The position numbers and the translations under genes are program-made. This document shows, piece after piece, positions 29,061-38,362 of a DNA stretch of 64,000 nucleotides. A model generated the notes under the pieces. That model saw only the letters and a program-made list of their open reading frames with translations, had not been told where the DNA came from and ran no database searches. The first letter of the stretch is position 1. Each line of letters begins with the position of its first letter. Origin of the DNA: an uncultured Eubacteriales bacterium (GTDB lineage Bacteria > Bacillota > Clostridia > Lachnospirales > Lachnospiraceae). The stretch covers positions 3,165-67,164 of the forward strand of contig ONBN01000005.1 in assembly GCA_900316115.1 (NCBI GenBank). Reading direction: 5' to 3'.

Positions 29061-31340
29061 ATGAGAAAAAAATTATTAAGTCTCATCATAAGTCTTGTAA
29101 TGGTGCTGACCATGGTACCTATGATGGGAAATGTGGTATATGCTGCTGAGGCACAATGGCTTTGGCCTGTACCTAGTTCCACATAGATTAATCAGAGATG
29201 GAATTCTACACACGGTGGACTGGATATTGGTGGCGCCAGCGGATGTGATATTGTTGCCAGCAAATCCGGAACAGTATATAAGGTTTTATACAATCAGGAT
29301 GAAGATAACTGGCGGGGATACGGATACGGGGTAATTATCAATCATGGGGATGGTTATTACTCACATTATGCTCATATGAGCAGTGTGTCTGTTTCTGCCG
29401 GACAGAGTGTGACTCAGGGGCAGAAAGTAGGTACTATGGGTGCGACCGGAAATGCCGCAGGCGTACATTTACATTTTGCGATTAAGACAGGAAGTCAGGG
29501 AATGTTTGGCGGCGCTTCGGGAGCTATAGACAACAACAAAGATGTATTGAATTATACATATACCGGTGGCAGCGGCAGCAGTGTAAATTTGGGCGCTGAT
29601 TTTTATGCTTACCTTATCAATACAAGCACATGGCTGCATGTATATAACGAAACAAATGGTAATGTAACTGCAAGAACACTTACAAAACAGGAAGGCCGTG
29701 TGGTTTGGCATTTTACAAGACAAAGTGATGGAAGTTACAAAATCGCATCATGTAAAGATGGAAAAGTAATGGAAGTAATTAATTTCGGCAGTGCTAATGG
29801 AACTAATGTAGTGATGAATACCTGGACTGGAAACACTGCTCAGAGATGGTTCATTAGTGGCGAATCTGCTACGTATACTTTAAGGGCTTCGTGCGGATCG
29901 AATGTTTTAGATCTGAGCGGAGGCGTAGAAAGTGCTGTTAGCGGCACTAATATGAACATGTGGATACCGAATGGAACTGCAGCACAGTTATTCCAGGTTT
30001 GGAAACTTACTCCTCCAACACTGCCTTCTATTACACCAACAGTCAGCTCTACCAGCGATTCTGAGGGGAATAATGTTTTGGTCAGCTGGACAGGAAATAG
30101 TAACTGTACAGGATATGATGTTAAAGCCTGGGATTCTAATGGTAATTGTGCAGCTATAAAATGGAATGCACAGGGCACATCATGCAAGCTGAGCGTACCT
30201 GCTGGAACTTATAAATTTGAAATAGCTGCCTTAAGTGAGCCGTTTGGAACATATAATATCGGTCCACAGGTTACATATACAGTAACGAATGCAAAAACAC
30301 CCATTTCATCTGCAACCGTTTCACTGGCATCAAGCTCATATACGTATAGCGGAAGCGCCATTCAGCCAGGGGTAACAGTTACACTGGGGGCAAAGACACT
30401 TACAAAGGGAATTGATTATACAGTAGCATACAGAGACAACGCAAGGTGCGGCACAGCAACAGTAACTGTTACAGGAATAGGCAACTATGCTGGCACAGTT
30501 ACAAAAAACTTCACCATCAGTCACAACTACACAAGCAGGATAACAAAGGCTGCAACATGTGCGGAAACCGGTGTTAAAACATACACCTGCGGATGCGGCG
30601 ACAGCTATACAGAGACAATAGCCAAGTCAAATATTCATGGTGCAATTGAAATAAGAAATGCCAAGGAAGCACAGGTTGGTGTTCAGGGTTACACCGGTGA
30701 TACTTACTGCACAGTATGCCAGACTAAGCTTCAGAGCGGTTCTGTGATTCCTGCACTTGATCCAGGTGAAAACCCGGTAGATAATTCGGGAGAAAATCCG
30801 GTAGATAATTCGGGAGAAAATACGGCAGAAAAGAAGGATATCAAAACAGTACAGCTTGCAAAGACCTCATATACTTACAACGGAAGGCCTATCGAACCGA
30901 CTGTCACAGTATATGACCAGGACTACAACAAGGTACCTTCAACTGGATACAAGATCATGTATAGCAATAACGTCAATGTAGGTAAAGCTACGGTAACGAT
31001 CACAGGTACTGGTAACTATGAAGGATCCATTACAAAGACATTCACGATCAATCCTAAGGGAACAACGATCTCAAGTCTTAAGAAGGCCTCAAATGCATTC
31101 ACAGTAAAGTGGAAGAAGCAGGCAGCACAGACTACAGGCTATCAGATCAGATACTCACTCAAGTCAAGCATGGCAGGTTCAAAGACAGTAACAGTAGGGA
31201 AGACACGCACAGTATCAACGAAGATTAAAAAGCTCAAGGCTAAGAAGAAATACTATGTACAGATAAGAACTTACAAGACAGTAAACGGAACAAAGTACTA
31301 TTCAGCATGGTCTGCTAAGAAATCTGTGAAAACTAAATAG
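29061..31340 (+). pseudogene. Secreted M23 peptidase, ricin-B lectin and Ig/FN3 surface protein (759 codons) with one in-frame TAG at codon 42
   Basis: Signal peptide MRKKLLS...VYA, WLWPVPSST*INQRW (TAG 29184-29186), same frame as ORF 29376; HGGLD and HLH zinc motifs; QxW repeats; C-terminal FN3. Confidence 0.85.
30767..30820 (+). repeat. 24-bp tandem coding repeat (GENPVDNS) in the surface-protein linker
   Basis: CCGGTAGATAATTCGGGAGAAAA repeated. Confidence 0.85.
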
Positions 31341-31415
31341 CTACATCACAATAATAAAGGAAAATGAATTCCTCTGTATATTACAAACATAGAAAATCAT
31401 CACAGGAGGTATCAT

Positions 31416-31754
31416 ATGAAGCGGTATAAATTGTTATTATTTATTGGAATTATTTTTGCTTTTGCATTTACGATAACAGGTTGTGGAAATAAAAGCGAAG
31501 AAGATGCATTTGAAGATGATATGGAGCCCTTGGACAGTGATGAATTGGCAGATATGGATATAATGGGAGATGATGAAGTACAGAGTGTAGATGACAGCCA
31601 GGTATCTGACGAGGAGCGTCAGGCAGCAGAAGAACTGGAGAAGAACGCAGCCGAAAGTGGCGCATTAAATGATGAAGGTGTTACAGAGGATGAGATTGAC
31701 AAAGAAGTACAGCAGGAACTGGAAGATGCAGGTCTCACTGACGGCCAGCAGTAA
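31416..31754 (+). CDS. Small, highly acidic putative lipoprotein
   Basis: GGAGG RBS; lipobox ITG-C23; mature part dominated by Asp and Glu. Confidence 0.8.
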   Translation: MKRYKLLLFIGIIFAFAFTITGCGNKSEEDAFEDDMEPLDSDELADMDIMGDDEVQSVDDSQVSDEERQAAEELEKNAAESGALNDEGVTEDEIDKEVQQELEDAGLTDGQQ

Positions 31755-31798
31755 AAGATTTCCAAACAGATAAAAGACCGGATTACACGGAGAGGTAT

Positions 31799-31910
31799 GG
31801 GGCATGCCCCAGGCCCCAGGCCCTGCCGGGCAGGATCGCACTGCGGCGGACGGGTAGATGTCGCTTAAGGCGACCCGCCGCAGGCGGAGAATCCTGCAAA
31901 GCAGGATTCT
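31799..31910. repeat. GC-rich cluster of palindromes between convergent genes (REP-like, probable bidirectional terminator)
   Basis: GGGGCATGCCCC; CCTGCC-G-GGCAGG; CTGCGGCGG...CCGCCGCAG with inner GTCGC/GCGAC; AGAATCCTGC-AAA-GCAGGATTCT. Confidence 0.8.
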
Positions 31911-31929
31911 TTCTTGAATTGCAAACATA

Positions 31930-32919
31930 TTATGAAAATACTTCGTTTTTAAGTTCTTTCTCATTCATAAAATCAGCAGCATTCTGAAGGGTAGTCTCTG
32001 CGATATTGGACAGAGCTTCCTTTGTAAGGAATCCCTGATGAGAAGTCATGGTAACATTCGGGAAGGAAAGCAGTCTCTGGATCAGGGATGTCTGCATGAT
32101 CTCCTCGGACATATCCTCGTATACATAGTCTGTTTCTTCTTCGTATACGTCAAGACCTACAGCAAAGAACTTATGCTCACGGATTCCTGTGATCAGATCC
32201 TCTGTTTTGATCAGACCGCCTCTTGATGTATTTACAAGGATCACTCCGTCTTTCATTTTTTCGATGGTCTCAGCATTTATCAGATGCTTTGTTTCATCTG
32301 TCAGCGGGCAATGAAGGCTGATCAGATCACTGGTTGCCAGAAGCTCATCCAGGGATACATACTCCAGGAAATCCAGGTTTTTGTTTGGATAAAGGTCATA
32401 AGCGATTACCTTCATGCCAAAGCCCCTGCAGATCCGTGCCATAGCCTGACCGATCTTACCAGTACCGATGATACCGGCTGTTTTCTGATAAAGGTTTACA
32501 CCCATCAGACCATTTAAGGAGAAATTATTTTCACGTAATTTGATGTAAGCTTTGTGGGTATGACGGTTGGCAGTCAGGGCAAGAGCCATAGCATGCTCTG
32601 CAACTGCTTCCGGAGAATAACCTGGAACACGCAGTACATGGATTCCGTGTTTACGTGTAGCTTCAAGATCCACATTGTTATAACCTGCACAACGCATCAG
32701 GATCAGTTTCACACCCTGTTCTGCCAGAGCATCAATAACAGGAGCGCTAAGATCTGCATTTACAAAAGCACAGATAGCATCATAACCTTTGGAAAGAGAA
32801 GCAGTTTCTTCGTAAATATTTGCCTCAATAAATTTAATCTTGACCCCTGGGTAATCCGGAAGGATCTTCTCAAAAAATTCCTCGTCGTAATTTTTAGTAC
32901 CATAAAATAAAATCTTCAT
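31930..32919 (-). CDS. ldhA: D-lactate dehydrogenase-like D-2-hydroxyacid dehydrogenase
   Basis: MRCAGYNNVD, YSPEAVAEH, GTGKIG, SLHCPLT, NTSRG, DVYEEE, TSHQGF. Confidence 0.9.
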   Translation of the reverse strand: MKILFYGTKNYDEEFFEKILPDYPGVKIKFIEANIYEETASLSKGYDAICAFVNADLSAPVIDALAEQGVKLILMRCAGYNNVDLEATRKHGIHVLRVPGYSPEAVAEHAMALALTANRHTHKAYIKLRENNFSLNGLMGVNLYQKTAGIIGTGKIGQAMARICRGFGMKVIAYDLYPNKNLDFLEYVSLDELLATSDLISLHCPLTDETKHLINAETIEKMKDGVILVNTSRGGLIKTEDLITGIREHKFFAVGLDVYEEETDYVYEDMSEEIMQTSLIQRLLSFPNVTMTSHQGFLTKEALSNIAETTLQNAADFMNEKELKNEVFS

Positions 32920-33083
32920 ATGCGTATACCTCCTGATCGGTCTTAAACAATCCTGTAACTATTCAGCAGGCAGTAAGTGTGCCTTGAAGAGTTACACAAT
33001 TTATTATTTCCTTACGAAGGGGATTATACACGTTTTTTTGTCTGAAAAAAACCGAAAAATGGCAAAAAAATGAAAATCTCACT

Positions 33084-33125
33084 TTGTTATAAAATTAACA
33101 AAACAATATGTGAAAAATTTGTCAA
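33084..33125. promoter_or_regulatory. Putative Rex operator(s) upstream of ldhA
   Basis: TTGTTATAAAATTAACAA (33084-33101) and the weaker ATGTGAAAAATTTGTCAA (33108-33125) match the clostridial Rex palindrome TTGTTAANNNNTTAACAA. Confidence 0.65.
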
Positions 33126-33275
33126 ATATGAACAAGAAAAAAACAAGAAAAAAACAAGCACCTGAAGCCCCAAAAGAAATCAAAAAAGACTTAAAGAGAA
33201 AATCTATCAGTTTCTCAAAAATCTATCAATTTCTCATGGGATCAGGTGCTTTCCATTTACAATCCTGAACTTGTA

Positions 33276-34547
33276 TTACAAAAGGCTGTACAGATCTGTG
33301 TAAAATTCCGGATAGGAGATATTTACACATTCTCCGTCTGTAATGGTAAGCGGTCCATCACAGATACCGCCAGCAACAGCAAAGGACATGGCGATACGGT
33401 GATCCTTATAGGAATCAATAGTTGCTCCATGTAAAGGCTTGCCTCCGTGGATGATCATTCCATCCGGTAAAGCTTCTACATCTGCACCCATCCGGGTAAG
33501 ATTATCGGTCATAACCTGGATACGGTCAGATTCTTTAACTTTAAGCTCTGCAGCATCCCGGATCACGGTAGTGCCCTCTGCAAAAGCAGCCATTACAGCG
33601 ATCATAGGGATCTCATCGATCAGGGTAGGGATGATCTCGCCGTGGATATCTGTGCCATGAAGAGAACTGCTTTTTATAAGAAGATCTGCAGTAGGTTCTC
33701 CGTCGTTTCGTACATTCAGCAGTGTAATGTCACCGCCCATGGCCTGGCATACCCGAAGAAGTCCATCTCTGGTGGGATTGATGCCTACATTACGAAGCAG
33801 GATCTCACTGCCTGGTACAAGAAGTCCTGCAGCAATAAAATATGCAGCAGAAGATATATCTCCTGGAACTGTAATATCCCGGGCTTTAAGATCCGGCTGT
33901 GGAAGGATAGAAACTGTAGTGCCTTCAGAAGTAACCTGTGCACCGAAATAATTCAGCATAAGCTCTGTGTGGTTCCGGGAAAGAACTGGCTCTGTTACGC
34001 TGGTAGGCCCATCTGCATACATGCCTGCCAGAAGCACGCAGGATTTTACCTGGGCAGAAGCTACAGGTGACTGATAATGGATCCCGTGAAGATGTCCTCC
34101 CTGAATGGTAAGAGGAGCACAGCCGTTATTATTCTGGCTTGTGATCTGTGCACCCATCATGGAAAGGGGAGTGATGATCCGTCCCATAGGGCGCTGGCAG
34201 ATAGAAGCATCCCCGGTAAGCTGGCTGGTAAAATCCTGGCCTGCTAAGATACCAGAGATCAGGCGGGTAGTAGTGCCGCTGTTACCAACATCAAGAATAT
34301 CTTTGGGAGCCTTAAGCCCGTGAAGCCCCTGCCCATGTACCAGCACTTCGTCTTTATTTTTCTGGATCTGGATCCCCATTGCCTGAAAGCAGGAGATAGT
34401 GGAAAGACAGTCTGCCCCTTCAAGAAAATGTGTGATCCTTGTGGTTCCCTGTGCCAGGGCTCCAAACATAACGGCTCTGTGGGAAATGGATTTGTCACCG
34501 GGAATGGTAAGTTCCCCGTGAAGGTTGTTCAGTTTTTTGATTTCCAT
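33276..34547 (-). CDS. aroA: EPSP synthase
   Basis: PGDKSISHRA, VGNSGTT, ASAQVKS, SRNHTE, KESDRI, DHRIAM. Confidence 0.98.
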   Translation of the reverse strand: MEIKKLNNLHGELTIPGDKSISHRAVMFGALAQGTTRITHFLEGADCLSTISCFQAMGIQIQKNKDEVLVHGQGLHGLKAPKDILDVGNSGTTTRLISGILAGQDFTSQLTGDASICQRPMGRIITPLSMMGAQITSQNNNGCAPLTIQGGHLHGIHYQSPVASAQVKSCVLLAGMYADGPTSVTEPVLSRNHTELMLNYFGAQVTSEGTTVSILPQPDLKARDITVPGDISSAAYFIAAGLLVPGSEILLRNVGINPTRDGLLRVCQAMGGDITLLNVRNDGEPTADLLIKSSSLHGTDIHGEIIPTLIDEIPMIAVMAAFAEGTTVIRDAAELKVKESDRIQVMTDNLTRMGADVEALPDGMIIHGGKPLHGATIDSYKDHRIAMSFAVAGGICDGPLTITDGECVNISYPEFYTDLYSLL

Positions 34548-34562
34548 GATGCCTCCTGTAGA

Positions 34563-35654
34563 TTATCGGTCATAAACAATGTAGTTACGTTTCTGAAGGA
34601 GAGCCTTGCCACGCTGCATAGCTTCTTCTTCATAGAATTCGATCTTCAGCACACCCTCTTCAAATTCACGGTTGTGGATGATACCAATGTTCTTGATGCT
34701 GATATTATCCATTGCCAGAATAGTAGTGATGGTAGCGATACCACCGGCCTCATCCGCCAGGTCAAGATAAAGCACATAGGCTTTCCTGGTCAGGCCGTTA
34801 TCTACCACATCAATGGAATCACGGTAATCCCTGGAACTTGCAAACATCTGATAAATGTAATCCGGATCCTTATTATCAATGGCACACCGGATCTGGATCA
34901 GCATACGGATATAATCATCCAATACATTGGAAATATTCTGGGTGTTTTCCAGGCAGATCTGCTGCCACATCACAGGGGAAGAAGAAGCGATCCTTGTAAT
35001 ATCACGGAATCCGCCGGCTGCAATGGTCTTCATATATTCTGCATCATTGTCCAGGGTCTTTACAAGATTTACAAGGGCAGAAGCAATGATATGAGGAAGA
35101 TGGCTTACTCCGGCTGTAATGAAGTCATGCTCATCAGCAGTAAGTACCATGGGAATGGCACCAAGGGAAGCAATCATCTCTGTAAGGTCAGTGAGACGTT
35201 CAAGGGGGGTCTCTCCACCAGGAGTCAGGATATAATAGGCATTTTCCACAAGACGGTCACTGGAATGCTCAAAGCCTGACCGCTCGGAACCTGCCATAGG
35301 ATGGCCTCCAACAAAACAGTCTGTCATGCCAAGAGCCTCTACCTTTTCATGGATGATCCCTTTTACACTGCCAACATCTGTAATGATACAGCTTGGCTGC
35401 CGGATCTCTTTGAGAAATTCAAGGTACTGCAGGTTGTACTCCACAGGAGCACAGAGAAAAACATAATCACAGCTGCCAAAACGAGTATCCTTCTCTTCGC
35501 AGACCCCATCTATAATATTGCCGCTGACTGCGGCTGCAAGAGTGTCACGGTTCTGGTCAAATGCCAGAATATGGTAGTCCGGGTGGTACTTGCGGATCGC
35601 CTTGGCAATGGAGCCGCCGATCAGTCCCAGACCGATAAACCCAATGGTTTTCAT
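34563..35654 (-). CDS. tyrA: Prephenate dehydrogenase with C-terminal ACT domain
   Basis: GLGLIGGS, TDVGSVK, GGHPMAGSE, HDFITAGVSHLPH, GGFRDITRIASS. Confidence 0.95.
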   Translation of the reverse strand: MKTIGFIGLGLIGGSIAKAIRKYHPDYHILAFDQNRDTLAAAVSGNIIDGVCEEKDTRFGSCDYVFLCAPVEYNLQYLEFLKEIRQPSCIITDVGSVKGIIHEKVEALGMTDCFVGGHPMAGSERSGFEHSSDRLVENAYYILTPGGETPLERLTDLTEMIASLGAIPMVLTADEHDFITAGVSHLPHIIASALVNLVKTLDNDAEYMKTIAAGGFRDITRIASSSPVMWQQICLENTQNISNVLDDYIRMLIQIRCAIDNKDPDYIYQMFASSRDYRDSIDVVDNGLTRKAYVLYLDLADEAGGIATITTILAMDNISIKNIGIIHNREFEEGVLKIEFYEEEAMQRGKALLQKRNYIVYDR

Positions 35655-35862
35655 CTTAAAAAACATCCTTCCCGCATAGTTTATAGTAAAACAACAGGTT
35701 CATTTTATGATATCTAAGAAAAAAAGTCAATTCCCTGTAAAAATGACAGTAAATTACCTGAAAAAGATAAAAAAATGTTGTTAAAATTATATAAAATACT
35801 TGAAAATTGAAAGAAAGTTTAGTAAAATATGAACATATTAGACAAACAGGGAGGTATTACAT

Positions 35863-37950
35863 ATGGACGCTTTTAGAACTGACCGAATTAGAAATGTAGT
35901 CCTATTAGGTCATGGTGGGGCTGGTAAGACAACTTTGGCAGAGGCTATGGCCTACTTGGCAGGTTTGACGAACCGACTTGGCAGAGTTGAAGATGGCAAC
36001 ACTGTCAGTGATTATGATAAAGAAGAAATCAAACGGCACTTTTCTATTTCCACATCCGTGATTCCGGTTCCGTGGCAGAAGATCAAGATCAATGTTCTGG
36101 ACACACCGGGCTACTTTGACTTTGTTGGTGAAGTAGAAGAGGCAGTCAGTGCAGCTGATGCAGCGATCATCGTTGTTTCCGGCAAGGCAGGCGTTCAGGT
36201 TGGTACACAGAAGGCATGGAATCTGTGTGAGAAGTATAAGCTTCCCCGCATGATCTTTGTAACAGACATGGACGTAGATGATGTAAGTTACAGGAAGGTT
36301 GTTGAGGATCTTACCGAATTATATGGAAAGAAGATCGCTCCCCTTCATTTCCCGATCCGTGAGGACGGCAAGTTTGTAGGCTATGTTAATGTTGTGAAAC
36401 AGGCCGGCAGAAAGTACATTGACAAGGGCATGAAGGAAGAGTGCCCTGTTCCGGATTATCTGGAAGAGTACCTTGAGAAATATCATGATATCCTGATGGA
36501 GTCTGTAGCTGAGACAAGCGAAGAATTTATGGATCGTTATTTTGAAGGCGACGAGTTCTCTGTTACTGAGGTTTCAGCAGCTCTTGCTACCAATATCCAG
36601 GATGCAAGTATTGTGCCGGTATGCATGGGATCCCCTGTGAACCTGCGTGGTGTTTCCAACCTTCTGGATGATATCTGTGGATATTTCCCGAGCCCTGACA
36701 AGAGATCCTGCAATGGTATCGCACAGAAGACCAATGAGATCTATGAAGCTAATTATGATTTTGCAAAGGCCAAATCTGCATATGTATGGAAATCCATCGT
36801 AGATCCGTTCCTTGGCAAATATTCCCTGATCAAGGTTTGCTCCGGTGTTATCAAGTCAGATGACACACTTCTGAATGTAGAGAAGGGCGTAGAGGAGCGT
36901 CTTAATAAGCTGTATGTACTTCAGGGTTCCAAGCCTATCGAGGTTCCTGAACTTCATGCAGGCGATATCGGTGCCATTGCCAAGCTTGTAAGCGTACAGA
37001 CCGGCGACAGCCTTGCTACCAAGGCCAATCCGATCCTTTATCCAAAGGCAGTTCTGTCTGTTCCTTATACCTATAAGAGATTTAAGGCAGTGAACAAAGG
37101 GGATGAGGATAAGATCTCCCAGGCTCTTACCAAGATCATGAGCGAAGACTGCACAGTACGTGTGGTTAATGACGGAGCTAACCGCCAGAGCCTTATTTAC
37201 GGTATGGGCGATCAGCATCTGGATATTATTGTCAGCATGCTGAAAGAAAGATATAAAGTGGATGTGGAGCTTTGCAAGCCGAAGGTTCCATTCAGAGAGA
37301 CGATCCGCAAGAACTCCGATGTAGAAGGCAAGCATAAGAAACAGTCCGGCGGACATGGACAGTATGGTCATGTTAAGATGCGTTTTGAGCCTTCAGGGGA
37401 TCTGGAGACACCTTATGTATTTGAGCAGGTGGTAGTAGGCGGTGCTGTACCGAAGAACTACTTCCCAGCTGTTGAGAAGGGACTGCAGGAATGCGTCCAG
37501 AAGGGACCTCTTGCTGCATATCCGGTAGTTGGTGTAAAGGCTACTCTTTATGATGGATCCTATCATCCGGTAGATTCTTCAGAGATGGCATTTAAGATGG
37601 CAACCATCCTTGCGTTTAAGAAAGGCTTTATGGATGCGTCACCGGTTCTTTTAGAGCCGATCGTTTCCATGAAGGTAACCGTTCCGGATAAATATACAGG
37701 TGATGTTATGGGCGATCTGAACAAGCGCCGTGGCCGTGTGCTGGGTATGAATCCTGACCACAATGGCAATACCATCATTGAGGCAGATGTGCCTATGCTG
37801 GAGATTTACGGTTATTCTACAGATCTGCGTTCCATGACCGGTGGAAGCGGAGAATTCTCCTATGAGTTTGCACGCTATGAGCAGGCACCTTCCGATATCC
37901 AGCAGAAGGAGATCGAGGCTCGTGCCAGCAAGGTGGAGGCAGCAGACTGA
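35863..37950 (+). CDS. Elongation factor G paralog (EF-G II / FusA2-like)
   Basis: GHGGAGKTT, KKQSGGHGQYG, YDGSYHPVDSSEMAF, but altered G2 (RHFSI), G3 (DTPGY) and G4 (TDMD). Confidence 0.92.
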   Translation: MDAFRTDRIRNVVLLGHGGAGKTTLAEAMAYLAGLTNRLGRVEDGNTVSDYDKEEIKRHFSISTSVIPVPWQKIKINVLDTPGYFDFVGEVEEAVSAADAAIIVVSGKAGVQVGTQKAWNLCEKYKLPRMIFVTDMDVDDVSYRKVVEDLTELYGKKIAPLHFPIREDGKFVGYVNVVKQAGRKYIDKGMKEECPVPDYLEEYLEKYHDILMESVAETSEEFMDRYFEGDEFSVTEVSAALATNIQDASIVPVCMGSPVNLRGVSNLLDDICGYFPSPDKRSCNGIAQKTNEIYEANYDFAKAKSAYVWKSIVDPFLGKYSLIKVCSGVIKSDDTLLNVEKGVEERLNKLYVLQGSKPIEVPELHAGDIGAIAKLVSVQTGDSLATKANPILYPKAVLSVPYTYKRFKAVNKGDEDKISQALTKIMSEDCTVRVVNDGANRQSLIYGMGDQHLDIIVSMLKERYKVDVELCKPKVPFRETIRKNSDVEGKHKKQSGGHGQYGHVKMRFEPSGDLETPYVFEQVVVGGAVPKNYFPAVEKGLQECVQKGPLAAYPVVGVKATLYDGSYHPVDSSEMAFKMATILAFKKGFMDASPVLLEPIVSMKVTVPDKYTGDVMGDLNKRRGRVLGMNPDHNGNTIIEADVPMLEIYGYSTDLRSMTGGSGEFSYEFARYEQAPSDIQQKEIEARASKVEAAD

Positions 37951-38038
37951 TCCTGCATTTTTACAGAGATTTTGAACCATTTTGGATCCTGCACATTTTA
38001 TCTGTCAAAGGCTGTCAGTAACTGTCAATCGAATTTGA

Positions 38039-38215
38039 TTGACGGATAGTATCAGACCATATATAATCTGATACATAGCCGGAGATACAAGGGTACATCC
38101 CGGCAGGGGAGAAGCATCAGATCGATTATTAAATAAGGGGACACTTTCATATGTTTTTGCTTTTTGTTTCAGGCAGGAAGCAGAGCATTATGAGAGTGTC
38201 CTCTTTTGCGTTTTT
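38039..38215 (+). ncRNA. Candidate orphan structured small RNA with its own sigma-A promoter
   Basis: TTGACG, 17 bp, TATAAT (38039-38067); GCCGG/CCGGC hairpin; long stem 38136-38204 then T-tract; the next gene has a separate promoter. Confidence 0.5.
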
Positions 38216-38262
38216 TAACTTTTAAATTCCGTATTTTTAATGGAAAAAAATACAAAAATAGC

Positions 38263-38291
38263 TTGACATATCTAAGCTTATTAAATATAAT
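38263..38291 (+). promoter_or_regulatory. Sigma-A promoter for the cell wall hydrolase
   Basis: TTGACA, 17 bp, TATAAT. Confidence 0.88.
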
Positions 38292-38362
38292 TTTCTCATA
38301 CGTTACAAAGTTGTTACAAAATAAAGAACGAAAGAAAAGAAACCATAACAAAGAAGCAAGGA

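Noticed and set aside
29184-29186. Pyrrolysine recoding of the TAG in the M23 gene
   Set aside because: No pyl genes in the window, the position is non-catalytic, and tRNA-Sec reads UGA rather than UAG. A nonsense mutation or base error is simpler.
30767-30820. Short tandem repeats as a CRISPR array
   Set aside because: In-frame coding linker repeats with no spacers and no cas genes. No CRISPR array was seen anywhere in the window.
33130-33236. A-rich CAAGAAAAAAA repeats and a 19-bp tandem AAAATCTATCA(G/A)TTTCTCA between ldhA and aroA
   Set aside because: Only two low-complexity copies each, consistent with local slippage; no function can be supported.
35863-37950. Canonical fusA
   Set aside because: Not in an rpsL-rpsG-fusA-tuf operon, and the G2, G3 and G4 motifs are non-canonical.
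38165-38190. CAGGCAGGAAGCAG as SRP RNA helix 8
   Set aside because: It lacks the GNRA-capped stem of the SRP domain IV motif; only partial word similarity.
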